Positions 14,821-22,922 are shown, numbered from the stretch's first letter. The stretch is DNA of 32,000 nucleotides from Candidatus Saccharimonadota bacterium (GCA_020632335.1 JACKFV010000001.1:510001-542000); one strand, 5' to 3'. Made by a program: numbers and translations. Notes: generated by a model not told the origin, from the letters alone.

Positions 14821-16677
14821 TTACGGCGTGACTGCCCTGGCGATGCTCTGGGCGTCTATCCCGGCTCTTGCATAGAGCTCCTTGGCCTCTCCACTCAGCT
14901 GGTATTCTCGCACCCCTAGCGTGGTGTAGCGCTGCGGACGTATGCCGCGCGTGAGTAGCCAGTGTGAGAGCCCTCCCCCTAGGCCAGTGTAGGGGTTATG
15001 GTCCTCCACCGTGAGGATATGCTCGGCCCCCTGCAGCGCCTGCAGCAGCGTGTGGTCAAAGGCCCTGGGGCTACTGGTCACCACTATAGAGGCGGGCATA
15101 CCCAGCCGCTCATACGCGTCTAGCGCTTCTCTGGCCGTGGCGCCTACACACACCACCACCGTGCTGCTGGTGTGCTGGCGCAGCAGGTCACACTTGCCGT
15201 AGGTGTACTGGTAGTCAGGGGTGTAGAAGGCCCGGCCGCTGGTGTCGGTCAGTACCGCGAACTGGTGCCGCCCCATACGCATATACACCGGCCCATAGTG
15301 CTGCGCTGCATACCGGGTGAGGTGCGCGCAGTGGTTGGCGTCGGCGGGGCTGAGCACCTGGGTGTGCAGGTGTCCGCTCATGGCGCCCATGTCGTCTATG
15401 GCCTGGTGGGTGGGGCCGTCCTTCCCCACGCTCAGCCCACAGTGGGTGGCCACCACCTTCACGTTCATCTGGTTGATGTCATTTACCCGTGCTTGGTCCT
15501 TGGCTCGGCTGGTGGCAAAGGCGCCAAAGGTACTCACAAACGGTACCTTCCCGCGTAAGCTCAGCCCGGCGGCGGTGCTCATCATGTGCTGTTCGCAGAT
15601 CCCACACTCGATGAACTGCTCTGGCAGCTGCTCGGCGAGTGCGTCCATCTTCACGCTCTCGCTGAGGTCTGCCGTGAGCGCCATGACCTGGGGGTTTTGC
15701 TGTGCTAGCATGAGCAACGTCTGCCCGTAGGCCGAGCGGCAGTCGGTGACCGTGCCAGCGGGGGAGTGGGGCACTGTAGGCAGCTGCACCGGGTGGGCAC
15801 GCTGTGCCTGCTGGAGCGCAGTGCTACTGGGGGGCAGCTGCGTGAGCTGTGGCACCTGAGCCAGTAGGGCAGGGTCTGGCAGGGGGAGCTCCGCGAGCCA
15901 GGCCGTTACCTGCGCGGTACTCGGCGCTTTGCCATGCCAGGTGCTGTGGTGGGCCTCTCCTTCGCGCTCCATGGTGGGGATGCCCCTCCCCATCACGGTG
16001 TGGCAGTACACCAGCCGTGGTTGCCCGGTGGGGGGCGCAGCGATCACGCCGCAGAGCCCTATGGGGTCATGTCCGTTTACCTCGGTGACGTCCCACCCGT
16101 GCGCGAGGAAGAGCTCCTGCACTGGTGTGGGCATGATGCGTTGCAGGCTACCGCTCAGCTGTACGGCGTTCCCGTCTACCAGTACCGTCAGCTGCCCGAG
16201 CGCGTACTTTCTCGCAAAGAGGGCCATCTCGTGTAGCTGGCCCTCCTGGCATTCGCCGTCGCCCACCACTACCCAGGTGCGCTGAGAACGGTCATCACGC
16301 TCATCAGCTATAGCAATGCCGCACCCTACGCTCGCGCCTATCCCCAGTGGCCCCGTGCCGTACCACACCCCTGGGACGTGCCGAGTGATGTGCCCCTCGT
16401 ACCGGCTGCCGTCGTGACGGAACCCGGCTATGAGCTCCTCCAGCGGGAAGACCCTGAGGCCCGCCAGTACGCTATAGACCCCAGGGCTGATGTGCCCGTT
16501 GGAGATGATGACCGCCTCACCAGTGGGGAGGATCCGCTCCAGGTACAGCGTGCAGAGGATATCCAGACTGCTGAGGCTGCCCCCCGGGTGCCCCGACTGT
16601 GACTGCTCCAGCATCTGCAGTATGGCCCGCTGGCACTGGGTACGGAAGGCCTCATAGACCGGGAGGGGCGTCTGCAT
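14821..16677 (-). CDS. tkt: transketolase (single-chain, N- and C-terminal halves fused)
   Basis: 618 aa. TPP-binding region (GHPGGSLSSLDIL, GPLGIGASVGCGIA, VVGDGECQEGQLHEMALFA), then pyrimidine-binding and C-terminal domains (ECGICEQHMMSTAAGLS, THCGLSVGKDGPTHQAIDD). Confidence 0.93.
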   Translation of the reverse strand: MQTPLPVYEAFRTQCQRAILQMLEQSQSGHPGGSLSSLDILCTLYLERILPTGEAVIISNGHISPGVYSVLAGLRVFPLEELIAGFRHDGSRYEGHITRHVPGVWYGTGPLGIGASVGCGIAIADERDDRSQRTWVVVGDGECQEGQLHEMALFARKYALGQLTVLVDGNAVQLSGSLQRIMPTPVQELFLAHGWDVTEVNGHDPIGLCGVIAAPPTGQPRLVYCHTVMGRGIPTMEREGEAHHSTWHGKAPSTAQVTAWLAELPLPDPALLAQVPQLTQLPPSSTALQQAQRAHPVQLPTVPHSPAGTVTDCRSAYGQTLLMLAQQNPQVMALTADLSESVKMDALAEQLPEQFIECGICEQHMMSTAAGLSLRGKVPFVSTFGAFATSRAKDQARVNDINQMNVKVVATHCGLSVGKDGPTHQAIDDMGAMSGHLHTQVLSPADANHCAHLTRYAAQHYGPVYMRMGRHQFAVLTDTSGRAFYTPDYQYTYGKCDLLRQHTSSTVVVCVGATAREALDAYERLGMPASIVVTSSPRAFDHTLLQALQGAEHILTVEDHNPYTGLGGGLSHWLLTRGIRPQRYTTLGVREYQLSGEAKELYARAGIDAQSIARAVTP

Positions 16678-16683
16678 ACTCCC

Positions 16684-16712
16684 ACTCTAGCGCGCTAGAG
16701 GTTATCTGTCCA
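16684..16712 (-). promoter_or_regulatory. candidate tkt promoter (TGGACA-17-TAGAGT), leaderless geometry
   Basis: On the reverse strand, TGGACA at 16712..16707, a 17-nt spacer, TAGAGT at 16689..16684, then 6 nt (gggagt) to ATG 16677. It overlaps the 3' end of the upstream small ORF. Confidence 0.45.
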
Positions 16713-16883
16713 CTGGGCCTGGCGGTCCCAGGCCTGCAGCTGCTCGTCGATGTCTTGGGTGATCTGCCCGGTGATGTCTCGTAGCCGCTGCGCATACTGC
16801 GGGGTAATGGGTAGCGGCACGGTGTAGCTGCGGTGGAGCACCACGCGGTCACTGGCGGAGAGGAGGTCGATGAAGAGGCGCAT
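16695..16883 (-). CDS. hypothetical 62-aa protein
   Basis: The ORF has a strong G/C third-position bias like the surrounding genes. No motif recognised (MRLFIDLLSASDRVVLHRSYTVPLPITPQYAQRLRDITGQ...). Confidence 0.5.
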   Translation of the reverse strand: MRLFIDLLSASDRVVLHRSYTVPLPITPQYAQRLRDITGQITQDIDEQLQAWDRQAQWTDNL

Positions 16884-16904
16884 GGGAGAAAAAGAGAGGA
16901 AATA

Positions 16905-17084
16905 CTAGAGGAAGCGGTCTTGGTCTTCGTTCTGCAGGCCATTTATACGGTTATAAAAGTTCAGCTGCCGCAGTGTGTCCAGCGCTCTGTCATCTGTAGG
17001 GCGCTCTGTCGCTAGTGGGGTATAGAGCGACGCGGCGAGTTTCTGCGATTTTTTCTTGTGCCAGAGGGCGAGGAGGAGTGACAT
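16905..17084 (-). CDS. hypothetical 59-aa protein (below the track cutoff)
   Basis: My translation is MSLLLALWHKKKSQKLAASLYTPLATERPTDDRALDTLRQLNFYNRINGLQNEDQDRFL*. Third-position G/C bias is moderate. No promoter geometry or SD is evident. Confidence 0.3.
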   Translation of the reverse strand: MSLLLALWHKKKSQKLAASLYTPLATERPTDDRALDTLRQLNFYNRINGLQNEDQDRFL

Positions 17085-17133
17085 AGGACGGGAAAAAGCA
17101 CCCCCTGTATACCAGAGAGCGCTCTGTATTCCC

Positions 17134-17165
17134 TAATAAATATTTATATATTTATAAATATTTAT
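17134..17165. repeat. 32-bp A/T-only tract containing two copies of the perfect 12-bp palindrome ATAAATATTTAT
   Basis: ATAAATATTTAT occurs at 17136..17147 and 17154..17165, so the starts are 18 bp apart. The whole tract 17134..17165 has no G or C in an otherwise GC-rich window. It overlaps the tsaD stop codon (17152..17154). Confidence 0.9.
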
Positions 17166-18195
17166 CCAGTTCCCAACGCGGCAGTGGCTGCACGGTAGGC
17201 GTTGCAGGCAGAGGGAGCCCCTCATGGAGGTAGCGCCAGTGGGCACTGCAGCCTATCATCGCGGCGTTATCAGTACAGTAGAGCATTTTTTTCGGCGTGA
17301 GGAGCGGGACGCCGCAGTGCAGCGCTCCCTCCTGCAGGGCAGCCTGGAGGCCCTTATTAGCGCTTACCCCTCCTACAAAGTGCAGCTGTTGTACCTCCGG
17401 AAAGCGTTCTAGTGCCCGCGTTACCTTGGTAGTAAAAATAGTCTGCATACGGTGCTGCAGGCTGGCGCAGATGTCAGCTTTGGTCTGCTCTGGGAGGGGC
17501 TCGCCAGGCACCTGGAGCGCTGTGACCAGTCGGTAGATGGCTCCCTTCAGCCCGCTGAAGCTATAGTCCAGTGAGGAGGACTCCAGCAGCATGGTGGGCA
17601 GTGCATAGGCCTGAGGATCCCCCAGCGCGGCGTACTGCTCTACCAAGGGGCCACCAGGGTAGCCAAGCCCTAGCATCTTGGCGGTTTTGTCATAGCATTC
17701 GCCGGCAGCGTCGTCTAGCGTGGTGCCCAGGCATATAATGCTGCGCCAGCTGCGTACCAGGTGCAGCTGCGTGTGCCCACCACTCACCGTCAGGCAGAGG
17801 AAGGGAAAGACGATTTCTTCGGGGGGTCGATTGCAGACATTACTGAGTATATGCCCGTAGATGTGGTGTACGGGGAGGAGGGGTACCCCCAGTTGCTGGG
17901 CGATGACGGCCGCCGCCGTGGTGCCGATGAGCAGGCTGGTCTGTAGCCCTGGGCCGGCTGTTACGGCCACGGCGTCTAGAGCCTCCAGAGGGAGAGACGC
18001 CTGCTGCAGTGCCAGGTCAACGGTGCTCCGCCAGTGCAGACTGTGGAGCCTGGCAGCGAGTTCGGGCACCACGCCACCATAAGGGCTGTGGCTCTGCGCT
18101 TGACTCACTGTGGCATGCCCCAGCACCCGGTGGCCAGCCTCCGTTACGGCTACTGCGGTGTCATCACACGAGGTCTCAAAGGCGAGAATACGCAT
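17152..18195 (-). CDS. tsaD: tRNA N6-adenosine threonylcarbamoyltransferase TsaD
   Basis: MRILAFETSCDDTAVAV, HSPYGGVVPELAARLH, VHHIYGHI (metal-binding His pair) and LTVSGGHTQL are Kae1/TsaD family hallmarks. Confidence 0.93.
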   Translation of the reverse strand: MRILAFETSCDDTAVAVTEAGHRVLGHATVSQAQSHSPYGGVVPELAARLHSLHWRSTVDLALQQASLPLEALDAVAVTAGPGLQTSLLIGTTAAAVIAQQLGVPLLPVHHIYGHILSNVCNRPPEEIVFPFLCLTVSGGHTQLHLVRSWRSIICLGTTLDDAAGECYDKTAKMLGLGYPGGPLVEQYAALGDPQAYALPTMLLESSSLDYSFSGLKGAIYRLVTALQVPGEPLPEQTKADICASLQHRMQTIFTTKVTRALERFPEVQQLHFVGGVSANKGLQAALQEGALHCGVPLLTPKKMLYCTDNAAMIGCSAHWRYLHEGLPLPATPTVQPLPRWELDKYL

Positions 18196-18198
18196 ACC

Positions 18199-18297
18199 CT
18201 AGGTACCGAGGAAGAGCGGTAAGAGGCTCGCGATGAGCATCCCCACCACGCCCACAATGGCAATCACCCGCACGATTCGTTTTCGATTATTCGTCAT
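18199..18297 (-). CDS. possible 32-aa single-TM peptide upstream of tsaD
   Basis: My translation is MTNNRKRIVRVIAIVGVVGMLIASLLPLFLGT*. The basic N-terminus followed by one hydrophobic helix looks membrane-anchored. The stop lies 3 nt before the tsaD ATG. A TTGACA promoter lies upstream. Confidence 0.35.
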   Translation of the reverse strand: MTNNRKRIVRVIAIVGVVGMLIASLLPLFLGT

Positions 18298-18324
18298 AAG
18301 AAGGTCTACAGGAGCACTATCGCT

Positions 18325-18352
18325 ACCCTAGTACTTGGGTATTCTCTGTCAA
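18325..18352 (-). promoter_or_regulatory. candidate promoter of the small-ORF/tsaD unit (TTGACA-16-TAGGGT)
   Basis: On the reverse strand, a perfect TTGACA at 18352..18347, a 16-nt spacer and TAGGGT at 18330..18325. Confidence 0.4.
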
Positions 18353-18356
18353 TGCC

Positions 18357-18384
18357 TTGTAGCGGAGCCGGGCGCCTCTATACT
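18357..18384 (+). promoter_or_regulatory. candidate holB promoter (TTGTAG-16-TATACT), leaderless geometry
   Basis: TTGTAG at 18357..18362, a 16-nt spacer, TATACT at 18379..18384, then 6 nt to ATG 18391. Confidence 0.45.
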
Positions 18385-18390
18385 CTCGCT

Positions 18391-19125
18391 ATGGTATGGG
18401 ACTCCCTCACACAGCAGGCACGCGCTGGTACGCTCCCCCATGCGCTGCTCCTCACCAGTGATGGCCCGGTGCGCACGCCGGTGCTCCAGCTGGTGGCGGC
18501 GCTGCAGGGTTGCCCGGTAGACGCTATAGACAAGGGGCTGCATAGTGATGTCCTGGTGCTAGAAGACACCGGCCTGCAGCTGCGGGTAGACCACACCGAT
18601 GCCGCCAAGCGTGACCACCAAGCCATTACACAGACGGCTCGTGGCATTGTGCAGTGGGTGTGGGAGACCCACCAGAGCCCCGCACGGGTAGTGGTACTCT
18701 TTGCGGCCGAGCGGCTGAATACTCCTGCGCAGAATGCCCTGCTGAAGGTACTCGAAGAACCTCCGCCCGGGGTGTATTTCCTCTGCACTACCACGAATGA
18801 ATACCAGTTGCTGGAGACCCTCCGGAGCCGTATGCGGATACAGCGTGTCTCTGCAACTCCTGCTGTAGCGCTAGCGCCCTGCCCCCTGGCTGAGGCGTTC
18901 TGGCGGGGGGATCTCTTCGATCGCTTTGCCATAGCTGAGCAGCTCCACAAGGCTGAGGACTCCAGCCGTCAAGAAGTCATGGCGGTGCTCCGGTGGCTGC
19001 TGCAGCAGAGTAAAACCTCTGGCCGGTACGCCTTCCTCAGCCCGCTACAAGAGGCCTATAAGCAGTGCAGAGAGAGCGGGAATGTGCGCCTGCACCTGGA
19101 GTACCTTGCCCTGCAGATGGTCTAG
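18391..19125 (+). CDS. holB: DNA polymerase III delta-prime-like clamp-loader subunit
   Basis: ORF trimmed to ATG 18391. GTLPHALLLTS sits in place of a Walker A. AERLNTPAQNALLKVLEEPPPGVYFLCTTTNEYQLLETLRSRMRIQ is the clamp-loader sensor-1/SRC-region pattern. Confidence 0.75.
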   Translation: MVWDSLTQQARAGTLPHALLLTSDGPVRTPVLQLVAALQGCPVDAIDKGLHSDVLVLEDTGLQLRVDHTDAAKRDHQAITQTARGIVQWVWETHQSPARVVVLFAAERLNTPAQNALLKVLEEPPPGVYFLCTTTNEYQLLETLRSRMRIQRVSATPAVALAPCPLAEAFWRGDLFDRFAIAEQLHKAEDSSRQEVMAVLRWLLQQSKTSGRYAFLSPLQEAYKQCRESGNVRLHLEYLALQMV

Positions 19126-22064
19126 AGGCTGCTACTGAGTGGCGTGAAGTCCAGTGCCAGGAGCTTTGCATGACAGGCCTGCAGCTCGGCGATGAGGTGC
19201 GCGCGGTCACTCTCTTGTACGGTGAGGGCCCGCAGCGGAAAGATACCGTTTTTCTCTGGCCGGAGGAACTGTAGCTGGCAGGCCGTCACCTGGTAGGGCA
19301 GGGGGCTGAGGCGCACGAGCAGATCATAGAAGACCAGTTGTCGCCAGTAGCCAGTACCGTCAGCGGTGTCGCCCAGGTGCTGTGGCGGGGTGATTTTCTG
19401 CGCGCTGCCGCTTTTATAGTCCGTCACGGTGCAGCTGTTGCGGCGTCTGTCTACGCGGATCATATCGATCTTCCCATCTATCGGCACGCCCTCGGCCTGC
19501 AGGTGATAGCGGCGGAAGGACTGCTCCAGCAGATACTCGCCGGGGAAGTCCCCCTGGTGTGCGGTGTAGTACTGGCTGAGGCGCTCTATTCCCTCGGCGG
19601 TGGCGTGCTCCATCTCGCTCTGGGTGAGGGGCTGATGAGCGATCTCCTCGCGGAAGCTCTGCAGCAGTGCCTCCAGTGGTGGTACGGCCTTGTGCTGGCT
19701 CACGGTGCGGAGGAAGACCTCCAGCGCGCGGTGCAGGGCCGTCCCCAGCGCAAAGTGCTTACTCGGGGGCAGGGGGACGCGCAGTAGCCGCTCGGTGAAG
19801 AAGGTCTCCGGGGCCTCGATGAAGCTTTGCAGGCTACTGGGACTCCAGCGGAACTGCCCTACGAGCGTCTGGAGGTAGGCAGATTCCTCAGTGGTGTAGA
19901 GCGGCGTGGTGACCCCCAGCGCCGCCATGGTGAGGCTGTCACGGCTAGTAGGCTCCGTGGGAGTGACAGAGAAGAGCGAGAGCATCGGGCTGGGGAGGCG
20001 CGTCTTCTGGCGGTCGTCGGTGGCGCTATAGAGCAGGTGCAGTGTAGATTTGGCCCGAGTCATCGCCACATACAGCAGGCGCCGGTCGTCGGCTGCGGTG
20101 TGGTCCGCGGTATCCTCTGCCACTGGCTGCCCGAGCAGAAGCGACAGCGGTGGCAGTGCTATACCACCACCAGAGCGCCGGTGCTCCCACATGCCTTTAT
20201 GGAGGTTAGGGAGGATCACCGTGGGGAATTCCAGCCCTTTGGCCTTGTGCGCGGTCATGATGTGCAGGGCGTCGACCGGGTGTGGCAGGTGCACGGGCAC
20301 GGGTTCTCGGAGCGTCTGGTGCTGCTCCAGCCGCTCGAGGACCTCACTGAGGCTGAGCGTGGGGTAGCGCTTGATGTACTGCAGCAGCGCCTCGATGAGG
20401 TGGAGATCTCGCACTCGCTCTGGGTTTGCCTCCCGCGCCAGGTATGCGGTAAAGCCGGATTCTATCAGCAGCAGCCGTGCCTGACCAAACGCCGTCATGG
20501 CGCTCGTGCGGCCCTCGAGCTCTCGGAGGAAGATGAAGACGTCTTGCACGGGCTGGAGGGGGTGCTCGTGGTTGCCTTCTAGGAGCCACTTCATGAAGAC
20601 CATGTCACGCGGGCGCTCGGCCGTCAGCCAGTAGAGCAGAAGCGGAGTGACGCCTTTGGCTCGCCAGTGGGGCAGCTGCACTGAGGCCATGAAGTCCCAG
20701 CTGGTGCTGGAGATGAGGGAGCGCAGTAGCCGCCGGGCCTCGGTAATGACGGAGAAGGAGAGCAGGTCTGCCGCTGCGGGTGACTGTGTGGGGATGCCCA
20801 GCGCTGCGCAGTACTGGCTGCACTCGCGGACTTCAGCGTTGCTGCGGACTATCACCGCGGTGTGGCTGAGCGGCTGGCCGGACTGCTGCACGTACTGTAC
20901 CACCTGCTGCCACTGCTGCAGCGGCGTGGGGACGGACACCGCCGTCACGGTAGCGCGGGCCTCGCTGCCACTGGCGACGAGTGCTGTCCCCTCACTCAGG
21001 CGGCCTGGGTTCTGGCAGATGAGCGCCTCTGCGGCGTCGAGTATGCCCTGCCGTGAGCGGTAGTTCTCGCTGAGGGTGATCTTTTTCGCATGAGGAAAGC
21101 GCTGCTGGAAGGCCTGGATATTCGCTACGCTGGCCCCCTGGAAGCGGTAAATCGCCTGGTCGTCATCTCCCACGACAAAGAGATTGGGCTCGGCCCAGAA
21201 GTCACTGAGCTGCCACAGCAGGGTATTCTGCACGCTGTTGGTGTCTTGGTACTCGTCTACCAGCAGGTACTGGTAGCGCTCTTGCAGCAGTGACTGCAGC
21301 GTTGGGGTGCGCTCTATGGCCTCCACCACCCAGAGCAGCAGCTCGTCATAGTCGTAGAGGTTACGGTCACGCAGTTGCTGGGTATATCCTTGCCAGAGGA
21401 GGCTGAGGTCCTGGACGCGCTCTCCCCACTCGTCTATCTCGGCCAGGGCGCCTGGCTTTATGTCTCCCTTCTTATGGCCCTGGTAGTTGCGTTTATAGTG
21501 TCGCTCGGGGTCGGCTCGGAGCAGTTCTCGCCACGGCGCTATGGCGCTCTGGAGGGAAGCGGGGGTCACGCCCTCACGCCGGAGCTGGCTGATGGCCTGC
21601 ATGGCGCTGACACGCCAGTAGTGGGGGTCGCCCCAGGGCCGGAGTTGCTGCAGCTGGGTGCCCAGGGCCTCTACTGCGGCGGTGTAGCACTGGGCTTGGT
21701 CGATGCTATCAGCGAGCTGGGGGGCACTCTGGAGCTGGGGGAAGTACTCGGGGTAGGTCTCCATCACCTGCGCGGCAAAGCCATGGAAGGTGAAAATTCC
21801 TACGCGGTGTGCCTCGGTGCCTATCCACTGCTGGAGCCGCTCCTGCATCTCGCTAGCGCCTGTATCGGTGAAGGTCAGGCAGAGGAGAGCGCTGGGCTGG
21901 GCGTCGGTAGTCTGCAGTATCTGCGCTATGCGCATGGTCAGCAGGTGGGTCTTGCCCGTGCCGGGCCCGGCCACTACCAGCACGGGGCCCTCGGTGTGCT
22001 CGACGGCGGCACGCTGAGCGGGGTTGAGCTGCTGGAGCCGGTCGTGATGACGGAGAGGACACAT
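19122..22064 (-). CDS. UvrD/PcrA-family SF1 helicase fused to a C-terminal PD-(D/E)XK (RecB-type) nuclease domain
   Basis: LNPAQRAAVEHTEGPVLVVAGPGTGKTHLL (motifs Q and I), LLVDEYQDTN (II), VGDDDQAIYRFQGA (III), ENYRS (IV), TAHKAKGLEF (V) and LLYVAMTRAK (VI). The C-terminus has GKIDMIRVDRRRNSCTVTDYKSG plus RQLVFY (QxxxY), matching the RecB/AddA nuclease motif. Confidence 0.88.
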   Translation of the reverse strand: MCPLRHHDRLQQLNPAQRAAVEHTEGPVLVVAGPGTGKTHLLTMRIAQILQTTDAQPSALLCLTFTDTGASEMQERLQQWIGTEAHRVGIFTFHGFAAQVMETYPEYFPQLQSAPQLADSIDQAQCYTAAVEALGTQLQQLRPWGDPHYWRVSAMQAISQLRREGVTPASLQSAIAPWRELLRADPERHYKRNYQGHKKGDIKPGALAEIDEWGERVQDLSLLWQGYTQQLRDRNLYDYDELLLWVVEAIERTPTLQSLLQERYQYLLVDEYQDTNSVQNTLLWQLSDFWAEPNLFVVGDDDQAIYRFQGASVANIQAFQQRFPHAKKITLSENYRSRQGILDAAEALICQNPGRLSEGTALVASGSEARATVTAVSVPTPLQQWQQVVQYVQQSGQPLSHTAVIVRSNAEVRECSQYCAALGIPTQSPAAADLLSFSVITEARRLLRSLISSTSWDFMASVQLPHWRAKGVTPLLLYWLTAERPRDMVFMKWLLEGNHEHPLQPVQDVFIFLRELEGRTSAMTAFGQARLLLIESGFTAYLAREANPERVRDLHLIEALLQYIKRYPTLSLSEVLERLEQHQTLREPVPVHLPHPVDALHIMTAHKAKGLEFPTVILPNLHKGMWEHRRSGGGIALPPLSLLLGQPVAEDTADHTAADDRRLLYVAMTRAKSTLHLLYSATDDRQKTRLPSPMLSLFSVTPTEPTSRDSLTMAALGVTTPLYTTEESAYLQTLVGQFRWSPSSLQSFIEAPETFFTERLLRVPLPPSKHFALGTALHRALEVFLRTVSQHKAVPPLEALLQSFREEIAHQPLTQSEMEHATAEGIERLSQYYTAHQGDFPGEYLLEQSFRRYHLQAEGVPIDGKIDMIRVDRRRNSCTVTDYKSGSAQKITPPQHLGDTADGTGYWRQLVFYDLLVRLSPLPYQVTACQLQFLRPEKNGIFPLRALTVQESDRAHLIAELQACHAKLLALDFTPLSSSL

Positions 22065-22070
22065 AGCGTG

Positions 22071-22098
22071 AGTATGCTGCTGGCGCGCCAGAGTGCAA
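22071..22098 (-). promoter_or_regulatory. candidate helicase promoter (TTGCAC-16-CATACT), leaderless geometry
   Basis: On the reverse strand, TTGCAC at 22098..22093, a 16-nt spacer, CATACT at 22076..22071, then 6 nt to ATG 22064. Confidence 0.4.
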
Positions 22099-22112
22099 GG
22101 GAGAGCAGGCGG

Positions 22113-22787
22113 TTACTCGCGCACAATGTAGCCATAGCCGCGCACGGTCTCCACCAGGGGCTCACCGCTGAAGGGCTTATCAATGGCCTTGCGCAGTGAC
22201 TTAATATGCACGTCGATGCTATTGCTCTGGACTTCGGTTCGCTTGCGGCCCCAGACTTTCTCTAGCAGCATGTCACGCGTGACCACGCTCCCCTTGTGCT
22301 CGAGCAAAATAATGAGCAGTTTGAGCTCGGTTTTGGTCAGGAGGATTTCTTTGCCCTGGCGCTGGACCTCCATGGTGGAGGTGTCGATCATCACGTCTCG
22401 GCACTTGAGGATATTGCGCCGATTACTGCTCTTGCGGCGGCTGACGGCCTTGACTCTGGCAATGAGTTCTTGCATATCAAAGTCCTTGACGAGGAAGTCA
22501 TCGGCTCCCATATCCAGCGCGCGGACGCGGTTATCTATCTGCCCTAGGCTGCTGATGACCAGCACTGGGGTCTGGATGCCGATGGTCCGCATAGAGGCAA
22601 TGAGCTGCATGCCGGTCATCCCGGGGATTTTGAGGTCGAGGATGAGGCAGTCGTACTCGGTTTTTTGTACCATCTGGAGGGCTGTCTGGCCGTTGTCGGT
22701 CTCGTCTACTGTGAAGTTGGATTCGTCCAGCACACTGGCGATCATCTCTCGTACGGGTTTTTCGTCTTCAACTAGGAGCACTCTCAT
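22113..22787 (-). CDS. OmpR/PhoB-family response regulator (no adjacent histidine kinase)
   Basis: Receiver domain (MRVLLVEDE..., DCLILDLKIPGMTG, PVLVISS...D, DDFLVKDF) and a winged-helix output domain (LTKTELKLLIILLEH..., VDVHIKSLRKAID, ETVRGYGYIV). Confidence 0.92.
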   Translation of the reverse strand: MRVLLVEDEKPVREMIASVLDESNFTVDETDNGQTALQMVQKTEYDCLILDLKIPGMTGMQLIASMRTIGIQTPVLVISSLGQIDNRVRALDMGADDFLVKDFDMQELIARVKAVSRRKSSNRRNILKCRDVMIDTSTMEVQRQGKEILLTKTELKLLIILLEHKGSVVTRDMLLEKVWGRKRTEVQSNSIDVHIKSLRKAIDKPFSGEPLVETVRGYGYIVRE

Positions 22788-22848
22788 GAATGGTTTATGA
22801 TAACGTGCTCAGCATAGGAATGCATTTCATGAAGTACAAGTCCCCCTA

Positions 22849-22866
22849 TTTCATACTTTCTTCATA
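22849..22866. promoter_or_regulatory. two TTCATA direct repeats with 11-bp periodicity upstream of the response regulator
   Basis: TTTCATA at 22849..22855 and CTTCATA at 22860..22866. A third TTTCAT at 22825..22830 sits inside the palindrome TTCATGAA. The repeats lie between the regulator ATG (22787) and the tRNA-Cys promoter. Confidence 0.3.
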
Positions 22867-22885
22867 AAACTCAGTTCTGCGTCTT

Positions 22886-22913
22886 TTGACAGGGTGCGTT
22901 TTTTGGGTAGCGT
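22886..22913 (+). promoter_or_regulatory. candidate tRNA-Cys promoter (TTGACA-16-TAGCGT)
   Basis: A perfect TTGACA at 22886..22891, a 16-nt spacer and TAGCGT at 22908..22913. The predicted start is about 3 nt before the mature tRNA 5' end. Confidence 0.45.
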
Positions 22914-22922
22914 GCGGCATGT

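Noticed and set aside
14606-14821. 71-aa reverse-strand ORF in the track
   Set aside because: A different frame of the same strand encodes a textbook L34, so this frame is a by-product.
17134-17170. Replication origin / DNA-unwinding element
   Set aside because: The A/T-only tract resembles a DUE, and TTATCCAGT (17162..17170) is a 7/9 match to a DnaA box. I found no cluster of DnaA boxes nearby, no dnaA gene is adjacent, and the tract overlaps a coding stop. An operator or promoter role seems more likely.
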